DNA from: Bryobacteraceae bacterium
Lineage (GTDB): Bacteria; Acidobacteriota; Terriglobia; Bryobacterales; Bryobacteraceae
Assembly: GCA_036006545.1 (NCBI GenBank)
Contig: DASYPO010000224.1
Coordinates: 1 to 51,014, forward strand
Length of the DNA stretch: 51,014 nucleotides
Direction: 5' to 3'
Shown: positions 34,319 to 43,306 of the stretch, one piece after another
Layout of the letters: each line of letters starts with the position of its first letter
Numbering within the stretch: position 1 is the stretch's first letter
The notes under the pieces: generated by a model
What the model was told of the DNA's origin: nothing
The model's input: only the letters and a program-made list of their open reading frames with translations
Databases searched by the model: none
Made by a program: the position numbers and the translations under genes

Positions 34319-36184
34319 ATGCAGGTTAACATGGGCACCCATTGGCGACGCTGGGCGATCGTGGCGGCGATTGCGCTGGTCAGCGCCGTGGCCGCGCGTC
34401 TGCTGAGCAGCACGCACTTTTTCACCCAGCTCAACCTGAAAACCTACGACGCGCACTTCGTGTGGCGCGGGGACGAGCGGGTTTCGGACGTCTTCCTGGT
34501 CACCCTTGACGAGAGGGCCAACAACGCCTACCGCGAACCGGGGATTTTCTGGCATCAGCATTACGCCGCCGCCATCAAGGCCGCCGGACTTGGTGGCGCG
34601 AAAGTCGTCGGACTCGATTTGGCGTTCGGCATCTCCGTAGAAGAGTGGGCCAAGGACAACGATCGTCTCCTCGCCGAAGCAGTAACCCTGGCTCCCATGC
34701 CTGTCGTTATCGGCTACGCGTCGCAAATAAATGGCGACCAGGAGCGTTTGAAGGTACCCGTCAACATGATGGCCGCCGCCATGGGCCTCGCAGGATTTAC
34801 GAATCTGACGGTCGATCCGGATGACTTCGTCCGTTCCCAGGAACTGATCGAGTCGGTCTCTCCCGACCCCAAGGCTCCGCCGCCCGAGCGATCACTGGCT
34901 ATGCGGGTCACGGAGAAGTTCCTCGACAAGGAAGCAGTTTTCGAAAACGGGCGACTAACACTGGATGGCAAGCTCATCCCCCTCACCCCGCAGCGCAGTA
35001 TTGCGATCCACTTCGCGGGCGGACCGGACACCTTCCCGCGCATGTCAATCGTCGATTTCATTGCCAAGGGGGACAAGGGCGAGGTCGAGGAGCTACGTAA
35101 ATTGGTCCAAGGCAAGATCGTCTTGATCGGCACTGACATCCGCGGCATCGATACTTTCGGTACGCCGTTTTATACGGCGCTCAAGGGCACCAAGAATCTA
35201 ACCGCTGGAGTCGAGATTCACGCCAACACCATCCACACGCTGCTCGAAGGTAAGTTCCTGCTGCCGGTACAGAACTGGGTGCGCAATCTTGCGCTCATCC
35301 TGGCAACGGTGATTGCCGCGTTCATCTCAGTCCGGTTTTCGGCGGGTCGCGCGGTTGGGCTCCTGATCCTGGTGGCGGCAGCGATCGCTGTAATCACACA
35401 CTGGATGTTCCTGAACGGGAAGATTCTGTCGACGTCGGAAACGCTCGCCGCGCTGGTCTTTTGCCTGGTGGGATCGATCGCGTTCCGCTTCGCGACCGAA
35501 GAGAAACGCCGCCGGCTGTTCAGCAACGCCGTTACGCTGTTCGTCGGCAAGGACGTTGTGAAGGGCCTCGACAGAAGCGAGAAGATCGAGCTGACCGGCA
35601 AGACGCTCGAAGTGACGATCTTGTTTACCGACATTCGCGGCTTCACGGCGTACACCGACAAAATGTGTCAGGATCACGGTCCCGAACTCCTGGTCGAACA
35701 GCTCAACGAATACATGGCGCAGATGGTGGCGATCATCGTGAAGTATCACGGCCATGTGAACAAGTTCATCGGCGACGGGATCCTCGCAGTATTTTCGGAC
35801 GACGACGAGGGTTCAACTCCTGGCGATCATGCGGCACGCGGCGTGCGCTGCGCCTACGAGATGGTCACCGCGCCTAGCCGCTTCTCGACGGGCTCGGGCC
35901 TCCATAGCGGCACCGTGGTGGTAGGCAACATCGGATCCAAGGACAAAATGGAATACACCGTTCTGGGCGACACGGTGAATCTGGCCTCGCGCCTCGAGAG
36001 TCTCAATAAGGAGCGCCACACTAAACTGCTGATGAGCGGCGCGACGCAAGAATTGCTCAACGGCGCGATGGAAACGTCGCTGCTCGGGTCTTTCGAGGTG
36101 CGTGGCAAGAGCCAGCCGGTGAGTTTGTACACCGCGACGTCGCTGCTGCCAGAACCGGTACCGGAGCCGGCGGGCAAGCAGTAG
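34319..36184 (+). CDS. CHASE2 sensor-domain class III adenylate/guanylate cyclase
   Basis: N-terminal TM (WAIVAAIALVSAVAARLL), an extracytoplasmic CHASE2-like domain (YDAHFVWRG...VFLVTLDE...) and 3 TM helices. The cyclase core follows: VTILFTDIRGFT, NKFIGDGILAVF, GNIGS, YTVLGDTVNLASRLES. Start at 34319 or 34331. Confidence 0.9.
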   Translation: MQVNMGTHWRRWAIVAAIALVSAVAARLLSSTHFFTQLNLKTYDAHFVWRGDERVSDVFLVTLDERANNAYREPGIFWHQHYAAAIKAAGLGGAKVVGLDLAFGISVEEWAKDNDRLLAEAVTLAPMPVVIGYASQINGDQERLKVPVNMMAAAMGLAGFTNLTVDPDDFVRSQELIESVSPDPKAPPPERSLAMRVTEKFLDKEAVFENGRLTLDGKLIPLTPQRSIAIHFAGGPDTFPRMSIVDFIAKGDKGEVEELRKLVQGKIVLIGTDIRGIDTFGTPFYTALKGTKNLTAGVEIHANTIHTLLEGKFLLPVQNWVRNLALILATVIAAFISVRFSAGRAVGLLILVAAAIAVITHWMFLNGKILSTSETLAALVFCLVGSIAFRFATEEKRRRLFSNAVTLFVGKDVVKGLDRSEKIELTGKTLEVTILFTDIRGFTAYTDKMCQDHGPELLVEQLNEYMAQMVAIIVKYHGHVNKFIGDGILAVFSDDDEGSTPGDHAARGVRCAYEMVTAPSRFSTGSGLHSGTVVVGNIGSKDKMEYTVLGDTVNLASRLESLNKERHTKLLMSGATQELLNGAMETSLLGSFEVRGKSQPVSLYTATSLLPEPVPEPAGKQ

Positions 36185-36591
36185 ACACTTCCCCACTGAT
36201 CTTGCTGGATTCGAGAGGTCGTCGTCTGCGCGGCGGCCGAGCACAGCGAAGCAGGTGTTATTTGCGCTTTTTGCTTCGCGGTGGCCGGGAGGCCAACCAG
36301 CGGCGCAATAGGTCTTGGGTCTCGCCCCGACTTGTTTCCGGCCGAGAGATCCAGCTTCAACGAGTCACCGCTGACGCGAATTGCCCGCGCCGTTGTGTCG
36401 TGGATCTGCAAAGTGCTCATGCCATGCCCTTAATAACAGCACTGCCTGTGGGGCTGCCAGTCCTGGCGGCGAGGCGACGTCCACGTCGGCTTCCAAAAGC
36501 CAGCTACCAGCCGCCTTGCCGGCAAATTGCCGGCCCCACATTTAATTGCATCCACGTCTCACCAATGCTTTATCATCCAAGAATAGCGGTA

Positions 36592-39414
36592 ATGCGTAAA
36601 CCTTACGTGAGATGTATTTGGGTGACGTTGCTCTCCAGCGTCGCCGCCCTCGCCGATCAACCTGCACAGAAGCAAGAGTCTCTGGGATTGATCCTCAATC
36701 CCGGCGGCGCGAAACTGCTGCGCGAAGGACAGGAAACGCCGCTCGACGCGCGCGCGGGCGACCTGCTTTACGCCGGCGACGGACTGCGCACCACCGCAGG
36801 TCCCGCGAAGTTCATGTTCTGCCCGTCGAAGACGCTGCAGACCCTGACGGCCGCGGGCGAAGTTCGTCTGGACAAAGCCACGCTGAAGGTCAAAACCGGC
36901 AAGCTGTCGGACGAGCCGCTGCCGCGAAGCTGCATTCTTCCGACGACGTTGCGCGTGGCGGTCGCGAGCCAGCAGCACGTCGGAGCGACGCTAACTCGGT
37001 TCGAATTCAAGCTCACCGATCGCAACAAGCTGGACGCCGCTGTCGTCGCCGAACTTACTCCGCTGGATGCGGCCGTCGCGGCCAACGATCCGACTGCGCT
37101 GGTGTCTGCTGCGGCGATCTTCGAGAAGTACAACCTGCTGAACGACGCTGGCTTCATCTACGGCAAGCTGCGCGCGGTTTTCGGCGATGATACCGCCTGG
37201 ATCAACGACAAGCTCTACGTTCTCGCGCAGACCATTCAATCCCAGCAGGCCGCTGCAGCAGCTACCGGACCGCAGGGAGGGCAAACGTTCGCGCTGCTGC
37301 TGGGCGTCTCCAAGTTCAAGAAGCCGGAGCTTAATCTGTTGTTCGCCAATGCCGACGCTACTTCTATGGCGGATCTTCTGCAAACTCCGCGAGGAGGCGG
37401 CGTGCCCAAGGAGAACATTCTGCTCCTGACCGACGAGCACGCCACTACGGGTGCGCTGCGCCTCGGCTTCAACGACTTTTTGAAACGTCGTGCGGGGAAG
37501 AATGACACAGTCATCATCCTCATTGCGGGGCATGGGACGGTGGAAGCGCCGGGGTCGAAAAGCGCATTCATCCTTACACATGATGCCGATCCGCAGGATC
37601 TGAAATCCACCGCTCTGGCGGTGAACGAATTGCAGGAGCTCTTCACGCAGCAACTTGAAAAAGTGGCTCGCGTGGTTATGTTTGTCGACGTATGCAAGGC
37701 TGGTGCCGTGTCTCAAATGTCGACTGCCAATATGGCGAGCACCGTCGAGGCTCTGGGCGGAGCGCCCGGGAAGCTGTTCGGATTTCTGGCCAGCAAGCCG
37801 AACCAGGTGTCCGTCGAGAGCGACCAGTATGGAGGCGGACACGGCGTCTTCAGCTATTTCCTGCTCAAGGGACTCTTGGGCGCGGCGGACGAAAACTCAG
37901 ATGGCGTGGTGGACGCCGGCGAGCTGGTGAGCTATGTCACCGCGCAAGTAACCAAGGCGACCAGCCGCAAACAATCTCCGCGCGAGTTCGGGACCTACGA
38001 CGCGGAAATGCGACTGTCGGACACCAAGAAGCCCGCCGAGATGAAGTTGACGCATTTCCCAATGTTGTGGGATGCACGCAGCGGACAACCCATGTACCTG
38101 GCCAGCACCGCCGAAGGCCCGCCGCCATTGCCACCGCAAGCGACCGAGACACTGGAGCGTTACCGCGCGGCGATCGCCGCCGGACAAATTCTTCCCGATC
38201 AGCGGGGCGGCGCATTCGACTTACTGCGCGATTTCAAGAATCAGCTGGGCACCGACCCGGCGGGTCAGTACATCACCGCCGAAAACGAATTGCGCGTCGC
38301 GCTCGAGGACAAGGCGCAGGAAATTCTGCTGCGCTATCTGACCGGCGACGAGATCCCGCAGTCGCAGTCGGACTTTGCACAGGGTGCGCGCTACATGGAC
38401 GCAGCTCGTACGCTGAACGAAGGATCGCGGTTCCTCGAAGCTCGCCAGGATTTCTTCCGCGGCCGCGCGCTGCTGTTCGACAAAAAGCCGGAGAGCTACA
38501 CCAACGCGGCGAATCTGCTGGAACAAGCCGTGCGCATCGATCCCAACACTGCGTACGGTTTTAACGCACTCGGAATCGCTTACCTGGAGCAGGCCCAGTT
38601 CGACAAAGCACTGCCGGCGTTTCGCGACGCGGCCAAGCGCGCGCAGCATTGGTCGTATCCACTGCATAACGCCGCGCTGGCGTCGGTCGAAACCGGCGAC
38701 TACAAATCGGCGATCAAATATTACCAGCAGGCCATCAAACTGACGCCGCAGTACAGCTATCTGCATTACAACCTGGGGCTGGTTTACCAGCGGCTGAATC
38801 GCAACAAGGATGCGGAGAACGCGTATCGCGAGGCCATGAAGCGCGCCAGCAGTTCGGCCGAGCCTTCGAACGCATTGGGGACGCTGAAGGCCGCGCAGGG
38901 CAAGCGTTCCGAAGCCGAGCAATTTTACAAAGACGCGCTGGCGAAGAATCCCAAGCTGTACAGCGCCCGTCACAACCTGGCGCTGCTCTTAGCTTCCGAC
39001 AAGAATCGACAGCAGGAAGCGATCGACTTGTGGCGCGAGAATCTGCGCCAGTCGCCGGGCTTCACCGCGTCGCAGTTGAGCCTGGCCGAAACGCTGGCTG
39101 CGCGCGGCGACAATGCGGGTGCGATCGAGCAGTACAGGGCCGTCGTGCAGGAGAAGCCCAAGTATGTAGCGGCGCACCTGGCACTGGCGCAGCTGCTGAT
39201 CAAAACGGCGGACACCGAGGGCGCGCTCGCCGAACTTCGCGCAGCTTCCGCGGTCGAGTCGCAAAACTTCGAGATTTTCGAGTTGACCGGCGATCTGGAA
39301 GCCGGCCGCAAGAACACGGCGGAAGCGAAGATCGCTTACGAAAAGGCCGCGCAACTGGCGCCCGATCGTAACGCTAAGAAGCGGGTTGCATCTAAGCTCA
39401 AAGCGCTTCCGTAA
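36592..39414 (+). CDS. secreted FecR-like / caspase-fold (peptidase C14) / TPR-repeat protein
   Basis: Start at MRKPYVRCIWVTLLSSVAALA (signal peptide). The FecR-like stretch is AKLLREGQETPLDARAGDLLYAGDGLRTTAGPAKFMF. The caspase dyad contexts are VIILIAGHG (His) and VVMFVDVCKAG (Cys). The C-terminal third has about 8-10 TPR units (AYGFNALGIAYLEQAQFDKALPAFRDA...). Confidence 0.85.
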   Translation: MRKPYVRCIWVTLLSSVAALADQPAQKQESLGLILNPGGAKLLREGQETPLDARAGDLLYAGDGLRTTAGPAKFMFCPSKTLQTLTAAGEVRLDKATLKVKTGKLSDEPLPRSCILPTTLRVAVASQQHVGATLTRFEFKLTDRNKLDAAVVAELTPLDAAVAANDPTALVSAAAIFEKYNLLNDAGFIYGKLRAVFGDDTAWINDKLYVLAQTIQSQQAAAAATGPQGGQTFALLLGVSKFKKPELNLLFANADATSMADLLQTPRGGGVPKENILLLTDEHATTGALRLGFNDFLKRRAGKNDTVIILIAGHGTVEAPGSKSAFILTHDADPQDLKSTALAVNELQELFTQQLEKVARVVMFVDVCKAGAVSQMSTANMASTVEALGGAPGKLFGFLASKPNQVSVESDQYGGGHGVFSYFLLKGLLGAADENSDGVVDAGELVSYVTAQVTKATSRKQSPREFGTYDAEMRLSDTKKPAEMKLTHFPMLWDARSGQPMYLASTAEGPPPLPPQATETLERYRAAIAAGQILPDQRGGAFDLLRDFKNQLGTDPAGQYITAENELRVALEDKAQEILLRYLTGDEIPQSQSDFAQGARYMDAARTLNEGSRFLEARQDFFRGRALLFDKKPESYTNAANLLEQAVRIDPNTAYGFNALGIAYLEQAQFDKALPAFRDAAKRAQHWSYPLHNAALASVETGDYKSAIKYYQQAIKLTPQYSYLHYNLGLVYQRLNRNKDAENAYREAMKRASSSAEPSNALGTLKAAQGKRSEAEQFYKDALAKNPKLYSARHNLALLLASDKNRQQEAIDLWRENLRQSPGFTASQLSLAETLAARGDNAGAIEQYRAVVQEKPKYVAAHLALAQLLIKTADTEGALAELRAASAVESQNFEIFELTGDLEAGRKNTAEAKIAYEKAAQLAPDRNAKKRVASKLKALP

Positions 39415-39427
39415 GGTTTGAACACAC

Positions 39428-42400
39428 ATGAAAATCGCCAAGAAATACTGCGCGGTGGTGGGGTTTGCCCTGACGCTGGCCGCCACCGCTCCGGCTCAGA
39501 GCATCACGATTTCGCCGCAACCGCCGCTGCCTTTCGGCTCCATCAACAGTAACTATGTCGCCAATTTGACCGCGAGCGGCGGGCAGAGCGGGAACTATGT
39601 GTATAGCCTCGCTGCGGGCCAGCTCCCGCCCGGTCTGCAGCTCTCCAACATCGCTGGCAGTCCGACAACAGCCCGGATCAGCGGTGTTCCGACCGCGGGC
39701 GGAACCTACAATTTCACGATCCGCGCCACCGACAGCTCCATCTCCGGGCAGCAGGCGTATTCGATCGGCGTGATGCAGATTATTACGCCATCGACACTGC
39801 CGGGCGCGGATGCGGGAACGCCCTACTCGCTGCAGTTCCAAGCTTCCGATGCGCCCACGCCATATAACTGGTCGGCGCCCGGCGCGCCTCCCGGATTGAC
39901 GATGACTCCGGGCGGCCTGCTGAGCGGAACACCGCAGCAGACCGGAACCTTCACCTTCAATGTCACCGCAAATGCGATCGGGTTCGCGAGCGCCACCAAG
40001 GCGGTGACTATCACGATCGTGCCGGCGCTCCAAATCGTGACCGGCGTCACACTCGCTCCCACCTATGTGGGAACTCCTTCTACCATTGCCCTAACCGCGA
40101 CCGGCGGAAAGACTCCGTATGTGTGGTCGCTCGCAACGGGACCGTTGCCCGATGGCCTGACGCTCTCTTCGAATGGCCTGCTCAGCGGAACTCCCAAAGT
40201 TTCCAGTCCGTCCGGAACTCCGTTCACCTTCCGAATTCAGGTGAAGGACGCGAATAACGGCATCGATGTCAAGCAGTTCTCCTTGACGGTTTACGACACG
40301 CTGTCGATTGCGACGCCCAATCCGCTGCCTTCGGGCGCACTCGGCCAGCCTTACAGCCTGACGTTTCAGGGGGCGGGCGGACTGCCGCCCTACACCTTCG
40401 GTATCGTTCCGTCAGGTCTTGGCAGCGGTGTGCCTCCAGGGTTGGTGGTGTCCTCCGCGGGTGTGCTGAGTGGAACTCCCGCCGTCGCGAGCTCGTACAG
40501 CTTCATCCTGAAGATCACCGACGCAAACCAGGTGACCGCGCAAACCACCTACAACATCAGCATCACGCAGCTCAACATCACGACTCAGTCTCCGCTGGCG
40601 GCCGCTCAGGTCGGTCGTACCTATACCCAAAGCTTCGCGACTACAGGCGGCACCGCGCCCTACACGTATACGCTCACCGGCGGATCGCTGCCGCCGGGAA
40701 TAAGCCTCAGCCCGGCGGGTGTACTGGGCGGAACGCCGTCCTCGGCAGGAACCTTCAGCTTCACAATTACTTCGACCGACGCACTCCAGCAAACCTTTAC
40801 CAAGCAATTTCAACTGCCGGTAGGCGTCACTGGCTCGGTGCTTCAAGTTGATCCAGGCAGCATCCGCTACAACGCGATCTCCGGCGGCGATTCTCCGCCA
40901 CCGCAATTCCTGGAGATCACCGGCATCAACAACGCGGCGATCAACTTCACCGTCACCGTCGACAACGGATCGGGAGGCGCAGCGCCGCCGTGGATCACGG
41001 TGCTCCCGCTCAAGGGCGTAACGCCGGCGCGGGTGACTGTGATTGTGGACCCGTTAACTCTTGCGGGCGGAACGTCGTATCCGGCGCGCATCCGGATCGG
41101 GGTGCAAGGATCTACCACCGCTCCGCTCGATATTCCGGTCACCAACAGCGTGGTCACGGCCACGCCGGACGTGATCGCTTATCCCACGTATCTGCGCTTT
41201 GAAGCGCGCATCGGAGCGCCAAAAACGAAGGTGCAATCGCTGCGGGTGATCAACCGCGGTGGAGGCGGGCCGCAGAGTTTTCAGATGTCGGTAGTCAACA
41301 ACAGCTCCTGGCTGAGCCTGACCCCCTCGAATGGAACGACCGCGCATAACGCGAATGCGGTGGTGCTGGTCAAAGTCAACACGCAGGGACTGGCGCCCGG
41401 TCTGTATCGTGACGCGATTCACTTCGTCTCGCCGTCGGTCACCTACGACATCCCGGTTTCCGCGTATGTGGCTCCGGCCGGGCCGATCCTCAAGCTCTCC
41501 ACCAACGGACTCCAGTTCCAGGTAAAACAGGGTGCGGGCGGGTCCAACGCACAAACCGTCAAGGTGCTGAACGTTGGGGATCCGAACACGATCATCAATT
41601 TTCGCGCCGACATTCTGCAGGGCAGCAACTGGTTTACGATTTCGCCCAGCTCGGGAGTCGCTTCCCAGTCGTCGCCCGGGATCATCACCGTGGTACCCGG
41701 AACCGGGGCGCAGAATCTTCCCGCGGCAGGCGCTTACGCGCTGGTGCGCATTACCGACACCAGCGGCACCAATTCGCCCCAATATTTGACGGCACTGCTC
41801 GACGTGCTGGATCCGAATACTCCGTCGTCTCCGGATCTTTCGCCGACCAGCCTGGTCTTCCGCGTAGTGCCCGGCGCCGGGACTCAGACACAACAAATGC
41901 TGGTTTACACGAGCGACCTCGGGGCCGCGCCGTACCAGGCGTCGTCCAACTCTTTCGATGGCGGAAGCTGGCTTAGCGTGACTCCCGCTGCCGGAACCAC
42001 GTCCACACGAGCGCCCGGGCGTCTGACCGTGAACGTGAATCCGGCGGGACTTGCCCCCGGCGTGTATCGCGGAGAGCTGGTGTGCGCGATGGCGGGCGGC
42101 GTTCGCGTGGCTACGGTGACGCTCATCGTTGCCAACACGCCTCCCATCAGCGGAGCGTCGCTAGAATCCAACGGGGCCGCGAACAGATCCGCCGCCGGAC
42201 AGAGAAACGAAGATTGCACGCCGTCGCAACTGGTGGTCACCAACCTCAATACCGCCGGCGAGTTTTTCATCAAGGCCGGCTGGCCGGTGTTTCTTCTGGT
42301 CCAGGTACACGACGATTGCAACGGCTCCGTTCAGGGTGCGAACGTGGTCGCAAGTTTCTCGAACGGCGATCTTCCGCTCACTATGTTCCCCGATCCGGAC

Positions 42401-43306
42401 GTGAACCTGTACACCACCGTGTGGCAGCCTGGCAGTGTATCGCCTTCGACCACCGTGGCTTTCTCTGCCAACCTGGGCGATCTTGCGACCGGCGGTGCAG
42501 GCACCGGAAACGCGGCAGTTCCACGCGATGCGGGCGCGAACGTCGTAACTGGCGACGGCTCGGTAACCGGCGCAGTGACCGCCAATCCAAGTCCAGCGCC
42601 ACCGCCTTTCCTGAACGCCTGTGGCACGGTTAACAACACCAACGTGATTCCCTGCGGCGGGCTGGCACCCGGAACCGTGTCGTCGGTGTATGGACAAAAC
42701 CTGGCACCCGCGCCGCCGGTGAATCCGAATTTCCTGCCGCTGCCGACTTCCTTCAACGGAACGCAGGTACTCGTCGGTGGGATCCCCGCGCCGATGTTCT
42801 ACCTGGGTCCCAACCAGATCAATATCCAGGTTCCGACTGAATTAGTGGTCGGCCGCCAGTATCAGGTTCTGGTCACTGCTCCGGGCGGAGTGTCGGCCAC
42901 CGATCCGATTACGATCGTCCCGGCCTCGCCAGGCGTTGCAGCGCTGCCGGACGGTCGCATCAACGCGCAGCACGGCAACGGGCAATCTATCACTGCTCTG
43001 AATCCGGCGCGCCGGGGTGAAACCATCGCGATGTATCTCACCGGCATGGGCGTGACGAATCCACTGGTCGCCACCGGGGCGCAGGCACCCGGAGTCGCGC
43101 CGCTGCCGGTGCTGCAGAACGCTCCCACGGTCACGGTGGACGGGCAAGACGCCCCCATCGCCTTCGCGGGTCTGACGCCAGGCGGGATTGGTTTGTATCA
43201 GATCAACTTCACCGTCCCGGCGGGAACGCGCGTCGGCGAATTGAACGTGGTCGTGACCCAGAACGGCGTCGCATCCAATGTCACCAGATTGAACGTCTCT
43301 CAATGA
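39428..43306 (+). CDS. giant secreted protein, paralog 1: at least 5 He_PIG-type putative Ig repeats + Ig-like modules + Cys-pair module + TIGR03437-like C-terminus
   Basis: Signal peptide ...LAATAPAQS. Repeated LPPGL.L...G.LSGTP..(A)GT(Y/F).F(T/I). motifs. Modules end in W[IL][ST].(T/S)P..G...G.Y. Also EDCTPSQL...VHDDCNG, and the tail AGLTPGGIGLYQINFTVPAG...LNVSQ. Confidence 0.9.
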   Translation: MKIAKKYCAVVGFALTLAATAPAQSITISPQPPLPFGSINSNYVANLTASGGQSGNYVYSLAAGQLPPGLQLSNIAGSPTTARISGVPTAGGTYNFTIRATDSSISGQQAYSIGVMQIITPSTLPGADAGTPYSLQFQASDAPTPYNWSAPGAPPGLTMTPGGLLSGTPQQTGTFTFNVTANAIGFASATKAVTITIVPALQIVTGVTLAPTYVGTPSTIALTATGGKTPYVWSLATGPLPDGLTLSSNGLLSGTPKVSSPSGTPFTFRIQVKDANNGIDVKQFSLTVYDTLSIATPNPLPSGALGQPYSLTFQGAGGLPPYTFGIVPSGLGSGVPPGLVVSSAGVLSGTPAVASSYSFILKITDANQVTAQTTYNISITQLNITTQSPLAAAQVGRTYTQSFATTGGTAPYTYTLTGGSLPPGISLSPAGVLGGTPSSAGTFSFTITSTDALQQTFTKQFQLPVGVTGSVLQVDPGSIRYNAISGGDSPPPQFLEITGINNAAINFTVTVDNGSGGAAPPWITVLPLKGVTPARVTVIVDPLTLAGGTSYPARIRIGVQGSTTAPLDIPVTNSVVTATPDVIAYPTYLRFEARIGAPKTKVQSLRVINRGGGGPQSFQMSVVNNSSWLSLTPSNGTTAHNANAVVLVKVNTQGLAPGLYRDAIHFVSPSVTYDIPVSAYVAPAGPILKLSTNGLQFQVKQGAGGSNAQTVKVLNVGDPNTIINFRADILQGSNWFTISPSSGVASQSSPGIITVVPGTGAQNLPAAGAYALVRITDTSGTNSPQYLTALLDVLDPNTPSSPDLSPTSLVFRVVPGAGTQTQQMLVYTSDLGAAPYQASSNSFDGGSWLSVTPAAGTTSTRAPGRLTVNVNPAGLAPGVYRGELVCAMAGGVRVATVTLIVANTPPISGASLESNGAANRSAAGQRNEDCTPSQLVVTNLNTAGEFFIKAGWPVFLLVQVHDDCNGSVQGANVVASFSNGDLPLTMFPDPDVNLYTTVWQPGSVSPSTTVAFSANLGDLATGGAGTGNAAVPRDAGANVVTGDGSVTGAVTANPSPAPPPFLNACGTVNNTNVIPCGGLAPGTVSSVYGQNLAPAPPVNPNFLPLPTSFNGTQVLVGGIPAPMFYLGPNQINIQVPTELVVGRQYQVLVTAPGGVSATDPITIVPASPGVAALPDGRINAQHGNGQSITALNPARRGETIAMYLTGMGVTNPLVATGAQAPGVAPLPVLQNAPTVTVDGQDAPIAFAGLTPGGIGLYQINFTVPAGTRVGELNVVVTQNGVASNVTRLNVSQ

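Noticed and set aside
35854-36420. A minus-strand 188-aa ORF starting in the 408-nt cyclase/caspase spacer (MSTLQIHDTTARAIRVSGDSLKLDLS...). Its first 40 or so residues are faintly reminiscent of small DUF2442-like proteins.
   Set aside because: It has no stop until 330 nt inside the cyclase gene, the resemblance is weak, and no clear motif is present. At most it is a decayed remnant.
36990-37005. tRNA-like T-arm strings (ggttcgaattc at about 36995; ttcgaatc at about 17581).
   Set aside because: Both lie inside well-supported CDS. No acceptor or anticodon arms can be folded around them.
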